A DNA stretch of 64,000 nt from Candidatus Anderseniibacteriota bacterium (GTDB lineage Bacteria > Patescibacteriota > Andersenbacteria > UBA10190). Below, piece by piece: positions 8,929 through 17,631 of the stretch. The number at the start of each line of letters is the position of its first letter. Positions within the stretch are counted from its first letter, which is position 1. The stretch lies in assembly GCA_016197005.1 (NCBI GenBank), contig JACPWO010000001.1, positions 346,544 to 410,543 on the forward strand. Direction: 5' to 3'. The position numbers and the translations under genes are program-made. The notes beneath the pieces were generated by a model. That model was not told the DNA's origin. It did no database searches and was given only the letters and a program-made list of their open reading frames with translations.

Positions 8929-10098
8929 TTAGATAATCGAGACTTCTGCATTGGTGGCGTCAACCAATAGCTGCATACCTGTTTTCAAAGTTTTAGTTGC
9001 ATAAGATGTTCCAACAATACAAGGTATCTTCATTTCTCGAGCAATTAAAGCTGCATGAGAAGTAATACCACCTTCATCCGTGACAATGGCTGCCACATCT
9101 TTAAATACTGGAACCAACTCTGGTGATGTCATGGGAGCGACTAATATACCACCCCTTTCAAAGTCCTCTATGAATTGTTCATATTCCTCAGTAGTAACGA
9201 TCGAGGGCAACACTACAGCCTTGCCAGTAACTCTTCCGGGATAAGCGGTTGAGCCCTTAATAGTACGTCCAGTCTGGGTGGGCATAAAAGAGTCTCTAAA
9301 ATCAATAAATTGCTTATCGGTAATCTCAATAAATTCAGTACCATTGACTTTGAGAGCAAACGCTTCCTTGCGTTTGTTGGCATTATTGATATCAGGCTTT
9401 ATGTCCTTCAAGAGCAGATCTTTAAGTTCTCGATAGTTGAGACTCGAAACTTGGGTTACTGCCAAATAAAACCTTCGTGCTGTTTCCTCAAGCAAGGCAT
9501 CAGCATAATGAGTTGTGATTAAACTGTTACGTTTTGCTTCAAATCGCTTTTTTGATATCTCGCGTAGAAACTGGATTATCTGCTTAATCTCCTGCTCAAG
9601 CGCCATACCAACATCAACCCCCGCTAAAAGTTTGGCTTTGAGATATTCTCTTTTTTCCTTGTTCTTCTCCTGCTTTTCTAAGAGTTGGTCTATTTTCCCC
9701 TCTAGTAAGTCAAGATAATGTGGCTCTGTATAACGATAGTAATACAAAAATCGCCTCATTAAATCGAACAATTCTTTATATAAATCAAACAGGGCGCTGT
9801 TACTTGCCTTTCTGAGTACTTGTTTGGAATAGCGTTTTCTTGTCACCTCTGTTTCTTTGGCTATAGCCAAAAGATTTTTCTCAACATCTGCATATTTATC
9901 TTGGACAAATAGAGATTCGCCAAGTTTTTGTATCATAGTGAGTTCTCTAACAGTAGCGTAGGCGCTGAGCTGAGTGTGCTCATACACCAATACCCCCTCT
10001 TTTTGAAAATAGGTTGGCGCAACTACGTTTTCTGTCCACAAATAATCGATATAGCTTTCTCTCCAAAGAAAAACATGCTTTTCTGCCGCCTTTTTCAT
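8929..10098 (-). CDS. PEP-utilising enzyme, substrate-domain plus C-terminal phospho-His swivel domain
   Basis: C-terminal DEGGITSHAALIAREMKIPCIVGT is the PEP-utilizers mobile-domain signature with the phosphoryl-carrier His. The N-terminal 280 aa have no recognisable motif. Confidence 0.7.
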   Translation of the reverse strand: MKKAAEKHVFLWRESYIDYLWTENVVAPTYFQKEGVLVYEHTQLSAYATVRELTMIQKLGESLFVQDKYADVEKNLLAIAKETEVTRKRYSKQVLRKASNSALFDLYKELFDLMRRFLYYYRYTEPHYLDLLEGKIDQLLEKQEKNKEKREYLKAKLLAGVDVGMALEQEIKQIIQFLREISKKRFEAKRNSLITTHYADALLEETARRFYLAVTQVSSLNYRELKDLLLKDIKPDINNANKRKEAFALKVNGTEFIEITDKQFIDFRDSFMPTQTGRTIKGSTAYPGRVTGKAVVLPSIVTTEEYEQFIEDFERGGILVAPMTSPELVPVFKDVAAIVTDEGGITSHAALIAREMKIPCIVGTSYATKTLKTGMQLLVDATNAEVSII

Positions 10099-11204
10099 AT
10101 ATTCTGCGTTCGTATTATAAATTTCAGTTGGTTTGTTCTAACTAAGTTAAATACATCATAGTTAGTCTCAGAAACTTTCTCGATTATTTTTCTGGATTGA
10201 GAAGCTGATATCTGGTCTACGTCAAGATAGATATAAGCAATTCCTTCCTTAACACTAACTTTGATCTTATATTGGGGGACATGTCCCAAGACTTCTTGCA
10301 GAATCTCTTGCATGTTTTTCTGTCTGATCTTCACCCCATCTAGCAGATAATGGGTTTTGCCAACCCGGCCACGTAGTATTAAACGAGGATTCCTTAAACC
10401 ACAAGAGCATTGATCTCGCAAAATTTTGCCAGCATCACCAGTGCAATAGCGAATAATCGGCTGAGCATGACACATTAAGTTAGTCATCACGATCTCGCCA
10501 AATCTACCATCTGGGACAATATTGTCGCTTTTAAGAGATTTAATCTCCAAATAGACTTTATCCTCTCGGTAGTGATAGCCATTATGATTTTTGCACTCTA
10601 CCCCAACTACTCCTTCCGTAAGACCATAAGCATCAAATATCTCTGCATTATAGATTTTCTCCAGCCTCGCTCTTTGTTTTTCATTCATGGGCTCACCTGT
10701 AGTTTCCAGAACCTTAAAGTTCCTTTTAGATAATATGTCCGCATACTCCTCAAGTTTTGAAGGCAACGTAGAGATCACTGTTGGAGCGACAGCATCCAAC
10801 ACTTCGGTAATTGCTTCTTTAGATCTTAAATCAATCGGTATAACAGAATTACCCGCTGCAATGTGACCAAGACACGTAAGCGGCCCAACAGCCCAGAACG
10901 AGTGATCCATGAGCACGGCCACTGTTTCGCCACCAGCAATTCCTTCTACCTCACAAAACCATTGAATATAATCAGCGGTATTTCGAATATCGCTTGAGTT
11001 GGAATAGAGCGCTTTAGGTTTCTTAGTCGTGCCGCTCGTAAAATATACGCGTAAATCACTCTCAAATCTGAAAAGTAACTCATTGATTTTTGCCTCAAGC
11101 GAAGTCTCGTGCATGAATGGTAGTGATTTCAGAAGAGCAGTGAAATTTCTGCCTAGAACCCGCTCTCTTGCCTCATCTTCTATTTTAGTAAAAATCTGAC
11201 TCAT
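10095..11204 (-). CDS. PaaK/CapK-like adenylate-forming ligase (coenzyme F390 synthetase family)
   Basis: YFTSGTTKKPKALY (SGTTGKPK-type AMP-binding loop) and YGLTEG. Length 369 aa fits PaaK-like enzymes. Confidence 0.65.
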   Translation of the reverse strand: MSQIFTKIEDEARERVLGRNFTALLKSLPFMHETSLEAKINELLFRFESDLRVYFTSGTTKKPKALYSNSSDIRNTADYIQWFCEVEGIAGGETVAVLMDHSFWAVGPLTCLGHIAAGNSVIPIDLRSKEAITEVLDAVAPTVISTLPSKLEEYADILSKRNFKVLETTGEPMNEKQRARLEKIYNAEIFDAYGLTEGVVGVECKNHNGYHYREDKVYLEIKSLKSDNIVPDGRFGEIVMTNLMCHAQPIIRYCTGDAGKILRDQCSCGLRNPRLILRGRVGKTHYLLDGVKIRQKNMQEILQEVLGHVPQYKIKVSVKEGIAYIYLDVDQISASQSRKIIEKVSETNYDVFNLVRTNQLKFIIRTQNI

Positions 11205-12523
11205 ACTCTTGAGCTCCTAAATTTTCTTAGATCACGAATTTCAACTTTTCTATTTTGCTGGGAAGTATCTCTATCTATGCTCCGGATAATAACAGCGATA
11301 TGTGCATACTCCTCAAACATTACATCATTAAAATCAAGCGATAATGTTCTAATAGCTTGAGTTACTTTTTGAGTGAGAAACTTTTTCTGCCTCTGTGTTG
11401 ATACATCTTTTGCATTAAAGAAAGCTGTAAATTTTATCAAATCTTTGCCGCCATGATCGTCTTTGATCACTACATCACATTTTTGAACTTTTGGATTGAG
11501 TCCGTCCAAAGCTTGTTCTACTTGATATGAATGGAGATTCACTCCTCCTGATATTTCATAGTAGTCACCATCTCTGCCAGTCCACTGCAGTCTTGGCCAA
11601 TCACTTCCGCACTGACATTTCTGGTAATTGATTTTTCCACGATCTCCAGACTTGTACCGAATAATAGGAATTGCCTCTGAGGTTAGATCGGTTAACAGAA
11701 CAGAACCTTCCGACTCAGTTGGTAAATTATTTTGTGGATCAACCACCTCAACTAGTATTCTGTCAGGATCAAAATGATAGCCACATTGATATTTACACTC
11801 CATTCCCATAAAACATTCACTTGATCCATACGATGCCAGAAGATTAACGCCGTACTTATCTTTGTAGTAACCCCTCAGCTCGTTTGAAACGTGATCTCCT
11901 GAAGTTATGACCTTCTCAATTGGAGAAAGCTTGCCTTCCTCAATCGAGCTTTCGATAAACTTTAGAATACTCGGCGTTGTGGCTATTATATTAATATTCA
12001 TTTGTTTAGCCTGATTCCATATGTGCCGCATGACATACTGGTCATTACTAAGACCAGCAGGAAGAACATTGGATTCCAAAATATGAAAAGCGTGCTGGGC
12101 AGAATGGCCAGCAGCCCACGGACCAAACGGCAATGCAATCCATACGCTGTCAAATTTCGTAATGCCAGCAAGCCGGTAACAATTAGCGCGGTATTCATTT
12201 CGAGCTCGCCATTCCTTTTTTGTTACTGGAATAACCTTTGGTTTTCCGGTAGTGTCGCCGGTCAAAAAATAATAAGCGACGTTACTTCGCTTAATAGCGA
12301 CATTTTTTATTGCGAATAATGACTTATCGGCCGGTTTAAGTTTGAAGAAGTCATCCCAATCAACCGAAGCCTCATTCCATATTCCTTCCCAGATCTGTTG
12401 ATAGTAAATAGATTTTTTGTATGCCTCTTTTGCCAGCGACCATACACTGGCTAAAACCTGATCCTGGTATGTTGTTTTAGGTTCGAGGTCGGCATTTTTG
12501 TTAATTGCTAAAATATTAGCCAT
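11201..12523 (-). CDS. PaaK/CapK-like adenylate-forming ligase, second paralog
   Basis: FLTGDTTGKPKVIPVT and YGSSEC. The start is placed at internal Met MANILAINK. The track ORF extends to 12568, which would leave only 37 bp to the divergent gene. Confidence 0.6.
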   Translation of the reverse strand: MANILAINKNADLEPKTTYQDQVLASVWSLAKEAYKKSIYYQQIWEGIWNEASVDWDDFFKLKPADKSLFAIKNVAIKRSNVAYYFLTGDTTGKPKVIPVTKKEWRARNEYRANCYRLAGITKFDSVWIALPFGPWAAGHSAQHAFHILESNVLPAGLSNDQYVMRHIWNQAKQMNINIIATTPSILKFIESSIEEGKLSPIEKVITSGDHVSNELRGYYKDKYGVNLLASYGSSECFMGMECKYQCGYHFDPDRILVEVVDPQNNLPTESEGSVLLTDLTSEAIPIIRYKSGDRGKINYQKCQCGSDWPRLQWTGRDGDYYEISGGVNLHSYQVEQALDGLNPKVQKCDVVIKDDHGGKDLIKFTAFFNAKDVSTQRQKKFLTQKVTQAIRTLSLDFNDVMFEEYAHIAVIIRSIDRDTSQQNRKVEIRDLRKFRSSRV

Positions 12524-12605
12524 ACGCCTAAAAATTGCATAGAATGCGGAATTTGGCAATATTGGCACACTATAAAAAACCTGATATAGTCCTCAGGATT
12601 ACCAT

Positions 12606-13076
12606 ATGCATATTTATGTCACATCCGGCACGGGCACCGGCCCCACCCCCTTAGCTGCTTTTGATGCGGCCGTGATGGCAGCCAGTGAATCGAATCATAA
12701 TATGATTTATCTTTCTTGCTTTATTCCCCCCGGCAGTGTGATAGTACGCGCTCGAAACCCTCTTCTACTTAAGTCGTGGGGTCAACGAATTTATGTTGTG
12801 ATGTCTCGTCAGGATGCTTCTGAAATAGGACAGGAAGCTTGGACTAGTTTGGGTTGGGTGCAGGATCAGAGCGGGCGAGGTATGTTTGTTGAACATCATG
12901 GAAGAAGCAAGAAGGAAGTTCATAATGATATTCAAGCCACTCTAAATTTTATGGTAAGAAGCCGCAATATGGACTTTGGCCCTATTGAGCACGAACTTAC
13001 GGGCATCAAATGTGAAGGCCAGCCCGTATGCGCCGTAACCATGGCAGTGTATAAAATTGAAAACTGGGAGAGTTAA
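12606..13076 (+). CDS. Pyruvoyl-dependent arginine decarboxylase-like protein (PdaD family)
   Basis: VTSGTGTGPTPLAAFDAAVMAA...NMIYLSCFIPP parallels the PdaD N-terminal consensus (tSGvGeGetpLnAFDaAL...NLvrvSSIiPP). It is 156 aa and transcribed divergently from the operon. Confidence 0.65.
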   Translation: MHIYVTSGTGTGPTPLAAFDAAVMAASESNHNMIYLSCFIPPGSVIVRARNPLLLKSWGQRIYVVMSRQDASEIGQEAWTSLGWVQDQSGRGMFVEHHGRSKKEVHNDIQATLNFMVRSRNMDFGPIEHELTGIKCEGQPVCAVTMAVYKIENWES

Positions 13077-13106
13077 AGCAGAGTGGCACAGCAGCTTTAC
13101 TGAGAA

Positions 13107-13583
13107 TTATTGGGATTCTTTTTCTTGTAAATCTCTAATTTTTCTTTCCGCACCCGCTATATCTATTACTCCCTTAGCAGCCGTGAATACCTCTTCAGGC
13201 GTTGTTTTTGCCTTCACTAAATAATCTGCCGCTTGTAGCTCCCTGGCTCTGTCGTGATCCTGTTTCGTATCAAGATTAGACAAAATAATGACTGGAATAT
13301 CCTTAATATCTGGATCTCCTTTCAGCATGATTAAAAAGTTGAAGCCATAATTCTTATCAGTCTCAGAGACTGGAGTATTAGGTTCTTTGCCTAAAATAAG
13401 ATCGAGTAAGATTACGTCGGGCTTCTTCTCTCGAGCCAAGCGATCACCCTCTACGGTATTGTTCGCGCTGATAAACTCGATCTCTTCATGGGATCGCGCA
13501 GTCATCTCATACAATTTAAGGAGCATTGGATCATCATCGATCATGAGAATCTTATTTTTTACTACATTTTTAGAATCAGTCAT
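13107..13583 (-). CDS. Response regulator, receiver domain only (CheY-like)
   Basis: ILMIDDDPMLL...DVILLDLILG...ILSN has the phospho-acceptor Asp and the acidic pocket. No output domain. Confidence 0.75.
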   Translation of the reverse strand: MTDSKNVVKNKILMIDDDPMLLKLYEMTARSHEEIEFISANNTVEGDRLAREKKPDVILLDLILGKEPNTPVSETDKNYGFNFLIMLKGDPDIKDIPVIILSNLDTKQDHDRARELQAADYLVKAKTTPEEVFTAAKGVIDIAGAERKIRDLQEKESQ

Positions 13584-13600
13584 AAGTGTGATAAAAAATA

Positions 13601-14011
13601 TTAACCCTGAAAATCGTGGCTGCCAAGAAATTGGTGAACATGCTCAACAATTTCTCGGGGTAGATACTTCGCTTTCAAAATATAGTCAGCTGCCCCTAAT
13701 CGTTTTACCTCATCAGCCATGTCTTTTTCCCTTTTATTAGACAGGATAATCACCGGAATATTTGCAGTCGAAGGATCTTCTTTAATTTTCTTTAAAACCT
13801 CTAGTCCGTCTAAATCTAGCGTCCCTTCCAAAATAAGGTCAAGCAAGACCAGATCAGGGAGATCATTCTTGACACTCTCCAATCCCTCCTGCGCTGTAGT
13901 CACTGCCTTAAAGTTTTTATACCCCAATTGTTTAAACTGAAAATCATACATAAAACGATGCTGCTTGTTATCTTCGATCATCAGTATCTTGGCTTCAGTG
14001 GCTTCTGGCAT
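13601..14011 (-). CDS. Response regulator, receiver domain only (CheY-like)
   Basis: ILMIEDNKQHRFMY...DLVLLDLILEG...IILSNK. Second stand-alone REC in tandem. Confidence 0.75.
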   Translation of the reverse strand: MPEATEAKILMIEDNKQHRFMYDFQFKQLGYKNFKAVTTAQEGLESVKNDLPDLVLLDLILEGTLDLDGLEVLKKIKEDPSTANIPVIILSNKREKDMADEVKRLGAADYILKAKYLPREIVEHVHQFLGSHDFQG

Positions 14012-14020
14012 AGGTTATGG

Positions 14021-15427
14021 CTAATGAGGTTGTTGCAAAGGAAGTGTAACCCTGAATGTTGTTCCCTTACCTACTCCTTCGCTTTCCAGCATAACACGCC
14101 CATTGTGCTCTTCGACAATCTTTTTGATAATAAAGAGGCCTAAGCCACTGCCGTCTGTGTGCATTCGTTCTGATTTTTTCCCACGTACAAACTTGCCAAA
14201 TAGCTTGTGGATTTCGGTTGAATCAATACCCATTCCAGTATCGGTAACTGCCACTTCAATTTCATTACTCTTAAGGTTAGCTTTGATGGTCACGCCGCCT
14301 TTCTCAGTATATTTTTCAGCGTTATCGATAATATTCAAAAAAACCTGACGTAAGTATCCCGGATCAGCTTCTAGTTTGGGTAGGGGTTTGCCAGATTTTT
14401 CAAAAACTAATGAGAGGCCTTTTTTATCATAATTCAGCTTAAGGGTCTTAATTGAGTCCTCAATAACATTTTCTAACTGAACAGGCTCCACCTTAAAGTT
14501 AAGGCTGCCACCCTCAAGCTCCATTGCATCTAATAAATCATTAACAATACTGTTGAGTTGGGTAGCTCCGCTAAACATGTTCTGTTGCAACTCCCTTCTC
14601 TCTTCAGTAGGAAGTTTGTCGAATTCTCCCTTAGCCTGCATTTCTAAAAATCCGCGCAAACTGGTCAGTGGCGTTCGCAGCTGATGAGAGGCAATATGCA
14701 AGAATTCTGTCTTAACATCCATGAGCTCCTTAAGGTGTTTATTAGCAGCGCTCAACTGTTTAGTAGTGCGTTGTAAGTCCTCGTAAATCTTCGCCTTGTA
14801 CATGGCTAACGACGTAAGGCTCACGACGCCTTCAATGGACTCATGTTCATATTTACTTAATTCATGAAGATTACGATCAGAGCTAAAGGTGAGCACACCC
14901 AAGGCTTTTTGCTCAAAAAAGAGTGGATAGATCATGGAGCTCTGTACTCTCTCCACCACGCTACTACCATTTACATCTTTAAGACGCTGCAGTAACTCAT
15001 GAGGGAAAACTCCCTCGGTACCTTTCACTAGAACAGGCTCCGTCTGTGTTCCCGTCAAAATATGAACCGAAGCAAGAGAATTGGTTACTGGAGCTTGAAG
15101 CGTACGAGGCGGAAAGTCACTGAGAATAGTAGCTAAGTCAGGCTCTGAAGAAGCGAGAGCTAACCACTGCAGAGCGTTGCCTTTCTCATCAAGAATAGCT
15201 ACTGATACCATTTCGTAACTAAACTCAACGGCGATAGCTAAAACAATCTCTCTGGCCATATTGTCCATACTCAGAGCCGAGAGCGATATTTCATCCAATT
15301 TTCTTAGTAAGGCGAGTGTCTTAATACGCACCGCCAATTCTGCATTGCGCTTGTATAGCTCACGATTAACTTCTTGAACGTCATCTGAGTTACTTCCCGG
15401 ATTTTCTTGATCTTCAGTGGTTGTCAT
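14021..15427 (-). CDS. Sensor histidine kinase, soluble, GAF-like sensory domain plus HisKA plus HATPase_c
   Basis: H-box HIASHQLRTPLTSLRGF and G-boxes DTGMGI...GSGLGLFIIKKIV. No predicted TM helix. The N-terminal coiled segment YKRNAELAVRIKTLALLRKLDE is shared with the 34662..36152 paralog. Confidence 0.8.
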   Translation of the reverse strand: MTTTEDQENPGSNSDDVQEVNRELYKRNAELAVRIKTLALLRKLDEISLSALSMDNMAREIVLAIAVEFSYEMVSVAILDEKGNALQWLALASSEPDLATILSDFPPRTLQAPVTNSLASVHILTGTQTEPVLVKGTEGVFPHELLQRLKDVNGSSVVERVQSSMIYPLFFEQKALGVLTFSSDRNLHELSKYEHESIEGVVSLTSLAMYKAKIYEDLQRTTKQLSAANKHLKELMDVKTEFLHIASHQLRTPLTSLRGFLEMQAKGEFDKLPTEERRELQQNMFSGATQLNSIVNDLLDAMELEGGSLNFKVEPVQLENVIEDSIKTLKLNYDKKGLSLVFEKSGKPLPKLEADPGYLRQVFLNIIDNAEKYTEKGGVTIKANLKSNEIEVAVTDTGMGIDSTEIHKLFGKFVRGKKSERMHTDGSGLGLFIIKKIVEEHNGRVMLESEGVGKGTTFRVTLPLQQPH

Positions 15428-15456
15428 AGAGAACGATGATCGGTCGGCCTCTCGAA

Positions 15457-15735
15457 CTATCGAAGAGCAGTTGGCAGCTGGTCTTCAGGAATTTTTGCAA
15501 TGAAAGGACGGACAGCGTCTCGGCATACATCGCGAGATACCTGTCCAAAGAGTCGCTCATAGCGAGCAACGAGTGCCTCAAGCACCGCCTTCACATCTCC
15601 CTCTACATAAACCATATGGGCTATTGCATCCAGACGTAACCCCGAAACCTTTCCGGCTTCTTTCCAGGCAAGAGGGCCAATAATGAGCTCCTGCTCCTTA
15701 ATGATTTGATTTGCGACTCGATCTTTAATATCCAT
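15457..15735 (-). CDS. Conserved 92-aa hypothetical protein; paralog of 36220..36498
   Basis: About 60% identical to the 36220 copy (KIIKEQELI-GP-AW-EAGKV-GLR-D...YERLFG--SR-VCRDAVRP). Same position between the membrane protein and the HK in both copies. Confidence 0.5.
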   Translation of the reverse strand: MDIKDRVANQIIKEQELIIGPLAWKEAGKVSGLRLDAIAHMVYVEGDVKAVLEALVARYERLFGQVSRDVCRDAVRPFIAKIPEDQLPTALR

Positions 15736-15742
15736 AATACTT

Positions 15743-16582
15743 TTACTTTACCGAATCTTCGGCTTCTATATACCTCATTTTAAGTTGGAATAATCCCAGG
15801 GCCATCAATAAATAAGCAAGTAGGTATATGTAGTCCCCATATCCACCGTTTTGCCATGTCTCATTGATAGTCTGGTATAAAAAGTTATAATCCGCCAAAT
15901 ATTGGACTACTAATGCTGCAAGAATAAAAAATATTCGAGGCCGCATGACTCCACCTAATGCTTTTTTTGATAGTAGGTAGGTCAAGATTGCAATTGATAC
16001 ATAAACCGCCTGCCCTAGAGGATAGCCAAAGTCAAAAAATATTCTGAATGGACTTGACCAATCAAATTCATAATTTCTTAAGAAAAAAATGTAAGAAAAA
16101 ATAAGCATTGCCAGCGGAATCAGCAAAGCCTGTATTTTATTCTTAAATGATCTTAAAGATACTGTGACGCCAGAGGCTCGAGCTAAAACAGCAATCCCAT
16201 AAATGTATAAGGGAATACTCCCAAAAAAACCAAGGTCTGCCAATGAAGGATACGGAATATCAACATTGAGTATGAGGTTATAGAAACTAAAAGTACTTTG
16301 CCCAAAAGTCTGCAGAAGAAGGCCTAGCGCAAAGGCTCCAATAGATCGACCCATGATACTCCGTAACCCTCCCCATGATCGAGCAATCAAAAGTCCCAAT
16401 ATACCCCCCAGAAAAGCAATAATTTGATAAGAAGCTGCCCAGATTAGATTTCTAAATTCACTCGTTTCTTCAAAGCCTATAATCTGCAATACTACCCACC
16501 ATATCGAAAGAACGACAAAGAGGAACAAGGCTACTTGAGCGGATCTATCTTTCATCAACAGCTGTCGTGCATTCTGCCACAT
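15743..16582 (-). CDS. Polytopic membrane protein (about 7-8 TM); paralog of 36505..37317
   Basis: Hydrophobic segments throughout. Conserved motifs WGG(L/V)...PYPS(L/V)ADLGF are shared with the paralog. No known family recognised. Confidence 0.55.
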   Translation of the reverse strand: MWQNARQLLMKDRSAQVALFLFVVLSIWWVVLQIIGFEETSEFRNLIWAASYQIIAFLGGILGLLIARSWGGLRSIMGRSIGAFALGLLLQTFGQSTFSFYNLILNVDIPYPSLADLGFFGSIPLYIYGIAVLARASGVTVSLRSFKNKIQALLIPLAMLIFSYIFFLRNYEFDWSSPFRIFFDFGYPLGQAVYVSIAILTYLLSKKALGGVMRPRIFFILAALVVQYLADYNFLYQTINETWQNGGYGDYIYLLAYLLMALGLFQLKMRYIEAEDSVK

Positions 16583-16604
16583 GTTTTCATACTAGCACAA
16601 AAGT

Positions 16605-17534
16605 CTATATTGAGGAAAAGGCACTGTCTTGGACGGTTAAAATGTATTTTTTTAAATACGCGCAAGGCTGATAGGACTCTTTGCATTTCTTTAGCCCAGG
16701 AATTCCTAGATCCTGTTCATAATTGAGAAATTCGCATTCTTGACTAAAGATTGCCTTGGCCGTCTCCTGCATAACATATGGGTAAATTCCGACATAAGAT
16801 ACTGTATCGGCTTTCTCGAAATGCAAAATTGCGTATCCGTTACCCACGATCTCATTAATTGAAAAACCGATTAAATTTTCGTTTGATAAGATGCCTACGG
16901 TAATGAATTGTGAGCATTGAGCAACGGTAAATACTCGAGATAGAGCAGCAAATTCATTCTCAATATCTTCATGGCTAAAGCTTTTATGTTTAGCCCACAA
17001 AAGAAACAAATCTTTGATTTTTTCCTGAACAATCTCGTCACTGAGATTAAGAATGTGAGTAGTGGATCGGTATTTTTTTTTAAAACGATTTACAAAGTTT
17101 CTTTTTGCTCCTAGTTTGTTTCCTTTGTACGTCATCAAATCAGGGACCGATAGAATATAATCAAAATTATTAGAATCCTCGCTGGTAATAATATCCCGAG
17201 AATTAATATTATGAATTGAATATTCTGGAAGCAGTTTCAATATTGGTGTGGCGCCTGTATTTTTTACCCAACGGAGCAATCTCCGTACCGTATTATCCGT
17301 TTCGTTGCTACCTAAAAAAGAATAAAATGGCTCACCAGTAATATAATCAGTGAATTTAATAACGAGACTGCCATTCAAAATTGAAACCTGGGCTTCATCT
17401 TTAGTATTCCAACTCCACAGACTGGTAAAGTTGTAATCAGAATAAGGTGGGTACTGCTTGGTGAAATTTTCGATGATAGGCTTATCGGTAATTTCGAGTT
17501 TCTTGAATCTTGGAAATTCAGGAATCATTGCCAT
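16605..17534 (-). CDS. DUF2156-like conserved hypothetical; paralog of 3353..4294
   Basis: FPRFKKLEITDKPIIENFTKQYPPYSDYNFTSLWSWNTKDE aligns with the 3353 copy along its whole length. Confidence 0.45.
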   Translation of the reverse strand: MAMIPEFPRFKKLEITDKPIIENFTKQYPPYSDYNFTSLWSWNTKDEAQVSILNGSLVIKFTDYITGEPFYSFLGSNETDNTVRRLLRWVKNTGATPILKLLPEYSIHNINSRDIITSEDSNNFDYILSVPDLMTYKGNKLGAKRNFVNRFKKKYRSTTHILNLSDEIVQEKIKDLFLLWAKHKSFSHEDIENEFAALSRVFTVAQCSQFITVGILSNENLIGFSINEIVGNGYAILHFEKADTVSYVGIYPYVMQETAKAIFSQECEFLNYEQDLGIPGLKKCKESYQPCAYLKKYILTVQDSAFSSI

Positions 17535-17631
17535 TAATTAAGGGTAACACTTAGGGCTACAGTCATAAACACATGTTATGAAAAAACCTGAGGGCTCGAA
17601 TGCGAACCGCTCAGGTTGACTCTCGCTTTGA

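Noticed and set aside
13077-13106. Possible terminator between convergent pdaD-like and REC genes (aaagc...gcttt)
   Set aside because: The stem is only 5 bp with a loop of about 15 nt and no clear U-tract on either strand. Too weak to call.
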